Below, piece by piece: positions 13,301 through 25,300 of a stretch of 64,000 nt of DNA. Numbering within the stretch: the stretch's first letter is position 1; the number at the start of each line of letters is the position of its first letter. The DNA comes from Epiperipatus broadwayi. Its lineage: Eukaryota; Animalia; Onychophora. Location: contig JAQFVV010000006.1 of the NCBI GenBank assembly GCA_028023455.1, positions 11,842,001-11,906,000 of the forward strand. Reading direction: 5' to 3'. The position numbers and the translations under genes were made by a program. The notes beneath the pieces are model-generated. The model ran no database searches and was not told the origin of the DNA. It worked only from the letters and a program-made list of their open reading frames with translations.

Positions 13301-16300
13301 GTATAATGTTTTAAACAAAAAATCATAAAATCTCCATTTTCTTATTAAAATGCCCGTTATCTTTACCCCCCCCCTCCAACAATTTATCATGAAATTCTCT
13401 TTTAACATCCTACAATCTAAAAAAATATTGTTCAATACTATCTCTTCTATTTTGACATGAACTGCATCAGCAGAAATATCTTTAGTTTTGCCTTCTTACC
13501 ATAAGATGTAAAATGCTAAACATCACATGATCACTATCTCATACTAGCACAATAATTGTTATTAAACAATTCAAAACAAAACAACACTCTCCATATAGTA
13601 GTGCCATCTTGTGCTAACAAGAGCAATCAATGGATGCCAGAAGGCTTGTGCATAAAATCCCTATCTAGTGCCTACTCATCCAATATCCCCAGACTAGTTT
13701 CTGGCTTGTGGCCTTCATCAGTGAGGAGCCTTGGATCTGAGAGCACTGCACCTAGATCTTAGGATCTAATGCAACCCTCCAGCACCCACCTCCTCCAGCA
13801 CCCACCTTTTAACTCTATATAATAGAGTTAAAAGGTGGGTGCTGGAGGGTTGCATTAGATCCTAAGATCTAGGTGCAGTGCTCTCAGATCCAAGGCTCCT
13901 CACTGATGAAGGCCACAAGCCAGAAACTAGTCTGGGGATATTGGATGAGTAGGCACTAGATAGGGATTTTATGCACAAGCCTTCTGGCATCCATTGATTG
14001 CTCTTGTTAGCACAAGATGGCACTACTATATGGAGAGTGTTGTTTTGTTTTGAATTGTTTAAGATGTAAAATGCCTGCCCCTTCACCGAATAAAAGTAAA
14101 AGCATGTTATCATACATCCTTTCATATTTTATATAATTTTTTATTTTTATATAATTTCCAAACTATGTTTTTATTTATACTAAGTTTTCCATAATTCTAT
14201 TTTTTTTTCTACCCAATTTATCTATTCTATTGACTTACTCATAATAATTATATATCTAATACATTCTTTACACATTTGTCTCATTTGTTATGTAAATATA
14301 TGAAAATAAATTATTTATGTATTAACTTCAATTATTACATCAATAAAATGTCACAAGGCTAGTTTACACAAGCTATTAAACAGTGTACTCTTTGCCTTTC
14401 ACTACTACTATGCCTTTTAATGTAAGCTCTAGTAACTAACAGATGCCAGATGATAATGCTGTATAAATCTCCATCTGGTTCTGTTCTACCCAATATGTCT
14501 AGTCTAATATATGAAATACTAGGACCTGAATCTGGTAAAATATCTGGGAAAAAAACAACCCAATAATTAGGGATATGGAAAATTATTCAGAATGATCAGG
14601 AATTAAGCATTTGGCCAAAAAAAAAAAAAAAATTGATACAGATATAGAATATCAATGAGGAGATTTAAATTTTGGAACAATGCTCCTGAACCTTTAGGTT
14701 CTAATGAACTTTATTTTAGCAGCCAACTTTTACTTTTCTGTTATAATATCAAGCTATCAATTTAAATTGGGAAACATGAACGATGCCTAAAAAACAAGGG
14801 ACATTATAATATATAAGTACTGAAATGATTTCATATTTATATGACTATACAGGCAAGTTGTCTTAGATTGAAAACATGTTTTTCAATCTGGGCTGATATC
14901 TTGATAGTATAATAGAGAAGTAAAAAAAAAAAAAGACTGCTGGAAGAAATATGTATTAGATCCTAAAAGTCCAGATGCAGTGTTCTAAAATTCTAAGCTT
15001 ATCAATGATGAATGCTGTAAGCTAGAAACTAACCTGGAAATATTAGATAATATAGCACTGGATAGGGAATTATTAAGCAAATTGTTACATTTTATTTACA
15101 ACTGTCAAACTCATTCCACTCACAACTTTGATACCATCCACCTCAGATAAATACAATAATGATTATTACTAATCATTTACTAAACTACAGATTATCTCTA
15201 GCACAGATATAAATTTTAAACCTCAGTTAAAGATTAATATTTCTGATTTTTTAATTTTAAACATACATACACATGGGGTTATTCACCTTTCTCTTTCCCA
15301 TGTATAATATCTTTATAGATATATTTATAAATTTATTAAGCACTATTATCTAGCATCTATTGATTACTAAAGTTTGCACTAGGTGGCATAGCTGTGTTGG
15401 AAGAAAAAGAATATGATGCGGAATTTTAATTATTGTAAAACTTTTCTTACCTATTGTGTTCTTTGGTCTCTCCATATTTTTTTACTAGTCTATTTTCATT
15501 TATATGTTTTGATTTTCCAAACATTTTAAATATGCTTTTAATGTTCTCTATTAAAATAAAACATTTAACTTTGTATAGCCTAATGTGATGTCTACATTTC
15601 ACTTCTGGTAGAAAATATCTACACTCTTCTTTTTATATTAAACTAAATATTATTATAAAAGAAATATTTCAGATTTTTAATCAGTCCCTTACCTCATTTT
15701 ATATATTTTTTTCTTCTCAACTCTAATTCTCAGCCATCTGTATAATTCCTTTTTTCATTTAACTTCTAAATATTTATACTCTTTCTCTTCTTCAAGATAA
15801 ATATTTTCCAACCTTCAATTTTAGTTTTCCATTTTAATACTAGGATCTTAATTTTTTCTCCATTGAATTTAATTTTTATATTTCTTCTACAATGTTCAGG
15901 AAAAAAAGCCTATATTGTACATGAAAAGACAACAAACAAAAAGGGTTCTTGATTACAGCAATAGGAATTCCCATCTCTGTTCCTAATTTTTTTATCTTAA
16001 CCTCATATTCTCATAAAAGGGGACAAACTACATCCCTATTGCAATTCAACTTCACATTTGTCTTCCATTGATTCTATATCTCCCAAATGGTATTTATACC
16101 ATTTATTTGATCAAGATTTGTAATTATTTTAAATAACATTGTCTCCTCCCATACTTTTAAGACTTATTCATAATTGATATTTATTTACCCTGTAATAAGC
16201 CTACTGCATATCTAAAAGTATAACAAAAAATGGTTAAGTTTTTTTATAAATTGCTTCATTCCACTGAGATGCATGTGAATCAGAGAGATTAAAATGCCCT

Positions 16301-19300
16301 TTACTGAGTTCATTATAAAATAATTAGATCAGAGTTTTCCAAGCTTATTGCTCCCTATATCTTATTGGCTTATAGTAAATTATCCGGTATCCCCTATTCA
16401 TTATTATAAGAAATCAGCAGTTGAATATGCGCATGTGCAGGGTATGCAGATACCACAAAGACGTGCCTTGAGTAGGTGCTGATCTTGCAATTTTACTAGC
16501 TATCTTAATTCTTAATCAGGTATTTTGAATTATTACATCCTGCAGTAAGAAAAAAAATCTATACAGTCTTACTGTGTCCAGGTGTGAAAAGAGACCGAAA
16601 TATTACAGGTATGGTTGACAGACAGTACCAACATAGAATAGTCCAGAAATGTTGATAACGTAATTATTTTTGGCATATAATAATAGCATAATATACTTAT
16701 ATACCTGCTATTTACTGTATCTCCTGGACAGGCTTATAATATATATATATATATATATTATATGATCAACTTATTCCACATAAAGAATATCAAAGATAAT
16801 ATTTGAAGTTTATTAAATCTATATTTAGGGTTAAATGAAATATAATAATTTTTTTGATTGACAAACAGTTATTAATAATCCCTTACGTATTTTTTCAAAG
16901 ATTTATTATAGTAAACATAAATAATTTTGTGTAATATATCTATACCCAATTCCAGAGATAGTTTAGATAATAGTCTGCTTCCAAACAGTTTAATCGTGAG
17001 TTACCAATAAATATTTTAAATCTCCCCATTTGGCAAATTTTCCAGTTATTCAGAAGTATTACTCTTAGAAAAGCCACAATTTGTGTGATAACTAACTTCT
17101 CTTTCATGATGGTGATTTTACAAATTTTGAAAATATCTTCCATTTTCCAGATGTTATTCAAGCAGAATTATAATTTAATGGTTCACATTTTAACTTTTTG
17201 AATTAATTTGATCATGAAATATGATTTTTATCATCACAGTCATATTATCATATTTCATGGACTAATTGAATTTGTTGTAGTTTAGTTCTCAGGATAGCTA
17301 TACAAGGTCTGTATTTAAGATCAAGCAATTCTTTGTCTAATGTTTTATTAACAATGAGATGGAACTAGTTTTTCAAAGAGTTTGGCTATTCATTCTGATT
17401 ATAGTGTAACTTAAATTTTCTGGAAATGCAACAATCCTTTGTTCAAGTTTTGATGTTTCTGATCTATTGCGCTTAAATTGCAAATCCTTATTTGATCTGA
17501 TTTATGAAAATAAAATAGAAAACTATGTATGAGAAACATATTTTAATTTGTAAACTATACCTATACCAGAATCACAGGATCGGTTTTAGAGGAATTTTTC
17601 TTATCAACCATGCCATTAGCTATAAAACAGAATAGACTTGAATCTTTTTTTGTATTAAGCAGATTTTACTTATTTTGTTTTAAAGCATGAAAAATGAAAC
17701 ATACATATAATTAAATTCTATATAGGCATGAATTATAATCAATTCCACTTTTTTAATTTGCCTTATTATTAATATATATATATATCAGTAAAGAAGGTAT
17801 TATTTTGTCTATAAAAGTTGTAATAATAGGCAATCTGTTATTACAAATATATATTCATAGAAGATTAAACTCATTGAGTGATATTCCTTCAGTTGTAATA
17901 GTATATACAAGCGCTTTAACATGCAGGGTGAAGAAGCTGTTAGTGGTAACATAAACAATCAAACTAAATTAATGCAGGCCTAGCACTTTTGAGATTTTTC
18001 CCTTCATATTGTAATAAAATTTTTAGAGCTTCTGCCATTTACCCGAATATGAAAGTAATCATGAGATAAATATTGATGAAAGATTACCACTAAGATAAAG
18101 ATTATCTTGTTTTTAGTAGACAGTTTTTGGCTTTTCAGATCAAATATATCTTTAATTCTAAATGCTCGTTTTCATAATGAATTGAACATTTATAAAAAAA
18201 TTTAATGATATTTTTTCGTATTTTTTATAAGAAATATTTTATAATGATCTGGCTATCTTTCTCTGCTGTAAGTTGCCATTTAATCCTAAGCAGATTTTTA
18301 TTGTGGTCGTAAAATTTGGTCTTTTCAACTATTTTATGACCCCAGTTATATTTTTGGATGTTTTTAATTGGCAGACTTACCTTCTTCCATCATAAATTAT
18401 ATACTTTGAAATGGCAGAATAGTTGTATTAACGATAATAATCATCTCTATCATTATTGTAGCACCATCTATATATTCCATGAGTAATTTCGGTCTCTGTG
18501 TGGTTATTGATCTTAATCAGTAAAATCTATTAATAATTGCTGTTGCTTACGCAAATGGCTGTAGAGGGTAGTGACGTAGAATGTATTCCTGCAATTGCCA
18601 TGTAATATTTTGTTTTGATGGAGGGACAGGCAGTTTTGATTATTCCTATATTAATACATTATTTTTTGCTTGTTTCATTTTTTGAATTTTATTTTTTGAG
18701 AGTTAATTTGTGTTTTTAACTTAATTTTTTATTGCCAGTGAATTTTATTTACACTATCTGCTTAATTTGATAGCAATTTTATCATGTTCGTTTGTTTTTA
18801 TAATTCATACTTTTATGTCATTAAAAGCAACCATTTTTATTTTATTCTAGAAATAATCTATTGTAAGCTTGAAGAATTAATGGATGTCAGATGGTATAGT
18901 GCAATAATATTTCTATCCCAGATCACTTTCTGGTTTTTGCCTTCGTCAGTAACAATTAAGATTCAAATTAGGACTAATGTTCTTACGCATACAACCACTG
19001 CCTTTTATTTTTTCATATTATTCAAGTTAACAACTTAAAATTAAAAGATTTTGAATTCAAGTTAACTTACATATACCAAGTAGTTTCTTTATATTTTAGA
19101 GACCTCAGTTATATGCCAGCTGTAGGTCTTTTCATCCTCCAACACATAAATTCCTCACATTATTCCAAGAGCAGTTAATTTCACTATTTTAGAGCCATTT
19201 TCCTAATCAAAAAGTGGAAAGAATTTACAGTTGTCATACAACTAAAGTCTCTAAAGTATATAGAAATTGACTTGATGTCAGTTCTATATAATTAAACAAG

Positions 19301-22300
19301 CGAGATAAGTTATATTCGAAACTTTAAGTTTTTGAATTTCAGACTATTCGTTTGTGCATTAGCAAGGAGTGAAGATAGTTTCCAGATTCGTAAGTGCAAT
19401 TATTCCATCTTTGAAGATGTTAGCAAGAAATTGGTCTGGAGATGGGAATATTATAGCATTATAATATTTGACATATGTTGATTGCAGAAGCTTGCCTTAG
19501 ATGGTTTGAGAGTACGGTAAAAGTAATTGCTCTTGAAAGTATATGAGAAAATAATGCGATATTGTTATTACTTAATGTATATGTCACTGTATGCTTTTTT
19601 TTACATAACATAAATTTTAAAGCATGAGTTATTTTGCTATTGGAAATTAAATGTTAGTTATTATCATTTTTAACTATTGACGATTCACTAGAATAAAGAT
19701 CTCTTTATTAACTTTAATCCACTTTTTCTGATTCATAATTTCTCACACCAACAAATTTCTTTATTTCATTCATCTCATGACTCTTTCTCAGTCTTTTACA
19801 GTCTCTTGGCATCCTGTTTTAGATTTCAACTGTCCATCTATTATCATCTCTTCTAGCTTTATGTCCCACTCACTTCTGAGTATTTTACTTTTGATTCCTT
19901 CTTGTTATTCCCAATATAATATCTCTTCATACTTCGTTAAATGATCTGAAGTTTCTGTATTGTTTTTTGTTAAATGTCCAAGTCTCAGATCCATAAGTAA
20001 AAACTGATCGAAGACCTATATTAAAAACCTTTTCAAAAACAGAAGCAAATTTTTATTATTATTAAGTTATTTAAAGCATTTTATCCAAACTTAATTTTAA
20101 ATGCTTTAATTTCATCCATATCTGTATTAATAATCTGATCAAAGTATTTTAATAATTTCCTAGTAATTCACAGTTATCAATCAATTTTTTTCTTCTGAAA
20201 AAATTCACTGGACACTACTAGTCTTTTTTAGTATTTAACTTTAACTCTACTTTCTTATTTTCATTTGATAGCATTGTTGGAAAATTATCGGAGATATGGA
20301 ATCATCTCATTGTTTATTTTTAGTAGTGTTTTTAGTGTTGCCATGTAATCTAATCACTACTTTTGCATTTTGATAAATATTCTTCAGAATGCAGCAGTTT
20401 CTTCTGTATTTAGCTCAAAGCTAAATTTAATCACTGTGTAATCTCCAAATTCAAAGCATAGTAAAGTTTTAAATTATTACCGTTTTGATTTACAAGTGTC
20501 AAACTCACTCCACCCACAACTTTCACCCTATACATTTATGGATTATAAAATTAAGTATAGGGGATTTGAACTCAGATTTTCAAGCACCCTTCAACTATCC
20601 ACACTATCTCATACAACTGCTACACATGACCACACACATGTAGAAAAGATAAATATTCCCCAATATCTGTATTTCGTGCTAAACCAGCACTCATCAGTTG
20701 GTGGTTATCAATGAAGTTTCTGTACAAAATGAATTAAGAAATGAGTGTAAGACAATTTTTCACTAATTGTCTCATTATTGTTTGATAAAGTTATTTTATT
20801 CTGTGTAGTTTCTTTAAGGATATTGTAATAAATTTATATTATGATTCTAGGTTAGAATACATTTGGCGGATGACTTTAAGAACTGGAAATATGATAATAT
20901 TCTTATACTATTTTATGGGTGATGATTTGATGCAGTTTCACACTTCTGGTGATGATAATAGGCTTCTCAGAGCACCAAAGGTAATCCTCTTGCTCATTTG
21001 CTAAAAACATTACCGGACAATGTTTACTCAGAATGTTAATTTAATGCCTATTCCAATATATTGTAATCATAATTTAACTGCTTTTTTGATATTCCCTGAT
21101 TTTGATCCCTTCTTAATAATCTTAAAATGCAGTACTCCACAGAGTAGAGCACACTGTGTAGAATATAGCAATACCATTCTGTAAAGGACAATAGTGTCAT
21201 AATATAGAGTATTGTATCATCACAGTGCAAAATGCTATAAATCTATGAGTGGATAATATTTAATAAGTAGGATCTTTTCTCTTAATCATTTATTGTTGAA
21301 AGAAAGGAATAAAAAAAATGTTAATTTATCTTTTTAAGAATATGCTTTTTTATAATGTCTTTACCAAGAAGAGTAATATTGAACAGTAAATTTATAAATA
21401 CAAATAAATAAAAACAAAAAAGGTAATATAACAATACAATTAAAAAAAGCTTTTGTCAACATTTTTCTGACTTTTCAGGGCAACATATAATTATAAATGC
21501 TTATAGAATATTACATGCTACTCTGAATAGGATAACAAAATGTTGTTGAAAGGAGCATCTGTTTTAATAAATAATATTTGTTGTACCATCTTCTTCACTT
21601 ATTTATTTATTTATATTTCAATAATTTACAGATATATATATATATTTACCTAATAATTATATATATATATTGGCAAATATATATATGTATATTTAATACT
21701 TTATTAAATGGTTTTTTTATAGTGATAAATTTGAAGTAACTAGAGAAAATGTTCCTTATTTGGCAGGTTTGTATATATTTTATATATCTATATTTATTTA
21801 TAAACACACAATTCCAGCATAGTAGGTTAAATAATAAGGCAAGTGAAGGCTTATTTTATACAATTTATTCAATATATCTACTATTATTCGCACTACACAA
21901 GTTTCTTAAGCCTAGTTCCTTCTTGTTTCAGCTTAATACTTTTATTTCACTACGAGTAAATGGACCCCCCCCCCCCAAGATGCATTTCTGACTGAACCAA
22001 TGCTCTTCATTTGCCCTAAATAACACTCTCATGTCTTCATCATTTGCTGATATCATTGTAGATATCAATTTTCAGATGCTCTTATTCATATAATTTAAGA
22101 ATGGGTGTTGCAGTGTAGAAATTTTAAGTATGTCTAAAAAAGATAACACATAAGGAAATAAGAATGATGGAAATCGATTAACGATATCTCATGGATCTGT
22201 TTTTAAAAAGACATCCTACAAATTTAAACGTAAGATAACTTACTTACATATGTGTATATATCTGAAAGTTAATTAGCAACCATGTGTTTTAGTAATCAGT

Positions 22301-25300
22301 TATATTCTAGCTGTTGACATATTTGACCCTTTGACAATCTAGTCTCATTTTTTGCTTTAGTACTAACTCTGCTCTATGTATCTAAGCATGAGTAATCAAT
22401 AGAGCGATCATCTTGAAAACTAAAAATCCATCGTTCAAAGCTCAATTTGTTACTCTGATGCTTGAATGTCCGTGATCTTTTTAATTATTGAAATAATGAT
22501 TTTTTATAATCGTGACAAAAAAACAGTTTTTGCAAATTTATTCAAGTTAAAAAATATATCAATCATATTTCTAGTATGTCTATATTCTCAGTTATCTTTT
22601 ATTAAACAACAGATGGAAAAAGTGAGGTTTGTGATATAAATAAGAACAATATAAAAAAAGATAATAGAAAAGATGAAAAATATTGAATCTTTGTAAAATA
22701 TCGAGAAAATAACTATTATTATTTCCAGAGTCTTTCAAGGGTCTTCTGGCTTGAGAATCGTATCTAATTTTTTTAAAATATCAAGACACTGATTTGTAAG
22801 AATCTTCTTTATAGCGCTATAAACATCAACAGTGCCGTGGATTTTGAGTCTGTTAATAGTGTGCTGAACGATATAATGATCCTTGGTAGATTTTGAATCT
22901 CTTGCAAAAGAGCTTAAGAAAAATACAAAATAAAGGTAAATATATTGGCAATATTTTAAGAAGTAAAGGAATAAAGAGAGATATTACAAGAAAAGATAGA
23001 TGGAGTTAACAAATGGATAATGGAAGGGGGTGGGAGGATAGAATCATTTGAAAACGAGCCAGAAATAGTCATGAATAGATATATCTAGTAGAGAAACTTT
23101 GATAAAAATGTTTCTCGCTTTGAGGCCCTATTCCCGCAACATATACTCAGACAGTGGTATTGTAAGTTCTTAATGATGGTTTTTTTTTTTGCCTTTTATG
23201 ACATTACCAAATATAATTTTAAAATGGCATTTTTCAAAAGTGAGAATATGAACTCAAATGTTTTTAAGTAAATAATGTAATCAGTTAACTAGGCGGTAAC
23301 AAATGGTGGTGCTTAAATAACAAAATGTCAGGTTGATCATAATGTGGTCATTCAGTTGTTTTTTAAAAACTTTTTTAAGAGTTGATTCAGGATCCCTTAA
23401 CTATTGAGTACACTTCTTACCATTGCACCAGATGATTTAAGACATGCTTTTTATTTATCACTATTTTCATACACACACACACACACACATATGTATTATT
23501 TAGGTATTTTAATTATGCTTATTTCAATGAATGTTTTTACAGCTCTTGTATCTGTCTCCGAAGAGGTTCGGAGTCGGTGTCATTTGAAGCATCGCCCTAA
23601 TCGACCCATTCCTGAGTCGACTTCAAGTGATAGCTTAAGTGCTGAATTGCACCAGCAGTTGCAGTTAACTCCAGCTCATACATGTATATCTTTTTCTGAA
23701 AATCATCAGTCAGTTTGCACCCCGACAGCTCAAAGACAGAAAAGTTGGGATTTATTAGACCAGAATGCTTTAGCAGCAGCACGGACCCAAAAGACCACAC
23801 ATGCACAGGTGATTATCATTTCCTTATTTTTGCAGCCTTAAGTTTGCGTAGACTCGTATACATGCTTTACAAAATGATTTAATCACATAAGTTATTTAAA
23901 ATTGTAATAAAAACAGCAAATAAAAATCACTCCGGCTTCTTTTTATTAATCTTACAATTGCGAAAGTAACTTGAATGGAATTAAAAAATCATTGGACAAA
24001 GATATTAATTCTATCATTTTAACAGCTATTTTTAAACAAATATTGACAACCTTCCAAAAGGAAAAGAGAAAGACAAAGAGTAAAGTGTTCAAGATGAGTG
24101 TACAAACCACTTTGTGAAGCCCAAAAACAACCTCATATATTTCATGCTGGTCATTTTTGTCTCCTGGTTTGATGTTCGTGATGGTCTTTTAATCTTGTCT
24201 ATATAAAAAAAAAAAATTTCGGCAACTTTTCCGGTTGTCTGTCTATATTTAGCTGTATTTTCTCAACAAAAATAATCTCATAACCAAATAAACTGCATAA
24301 TGTAGATTTTCTGTCCTACTTAAACCATTCTCAAGTTTCCCACAAATTGTCTTGTTTAGGAATTATGTTATTTTTTATTCACTTCGTAATCCCAATTCAA
24401 CAAAGATGTGTTCAAACTAAAGACTGTTCTGATTGGTCTTATGATCTTACCACTATTTTAGGGGTTTAATATGAACATGTAAACATATATGTTCTGTGAA
24501 GCTATTTATTCAAAATAAAATATTGACTATTGATATAGAAACAGTAAATAAAAATAATCGTATATTTATTAATCATGTAATCATTGAAGTAAATGATAAC
24601 CATCATTGGATTAAGTTTTACTTAGCATTTTAACAGCCATTTTTAAACAAGTGTGGCCATTCTAACTCGAAAAGAGAAAGAAACAAAAGAAAGGGAAAGA
24701 ATAAAAACTTAAAGGCCCAGTTTTGTAATAGCTGTGCATGACAGACTTTGAATCTCTAATACATTCTCATATGCCATATTTTGATTACTTTTGTCTACTT
24801 TTTTTTTTTTTTTGTATTTTGTGTGATTTTCGTTTAACTTCTTCAGCGTTAAACTTTAGTACTTGTTCTAGTTCTGGCATTACAATATATTTTGCCCTCG
24901 GCCACACTCGATGACAACAATCAGTTTTCCTCTTCTTTGGATTGTCTTTGAGATAATTTTTATTATTGGAGTCTTTTCCACATGCAAACAATGTTTAAGC
25001 TTATTAGAAAATAGTTTTTTGAAATTTGTTATTCTTCATTATCCAATCCAGTAAAATTATGGCTTTATTAGTAATAGATTCAGTGTTATGTCAAGTAAAC
25101 TGAAGAATATAATGATTACTTTTATGATTTTGTATTTATGTTTTTAAAATCTTGCGAAATATCATTAAATTAATTTTTTTCAATGTTTTTATCCTCAAAT
25201 GTTAGAGGTCCATATAATAAATTTGGCAAAATAACCAGTTGTCGTATAGTGGAATTGTTGTAATTATATCACTATGGATGGATTAGTTATTGTTTAACTT

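Larger units (their letters stand above)
13502..14074. mobile_element. Fold-back insertion of hammerhead family 1 (arms 13562-13818 / 13822-14062, 15-bp TSD)
   Basis: Near-perfect inverted arms with a 3-nt loop; TSD taagatgtaaaatgc at 13502-13516 and 14060-14074; unpaired extension 13517-13561. Confidence 0.93.

Noticed and set aside
13556-14125. Two ORFs (13556+ and 13862-) and a relative at 51522- encoding near-identical peptides
   Set aside because: A mirror artefact of the inverted repeat. They lie antisense to the ribozyme strand, and other family copies do not keep the frame.
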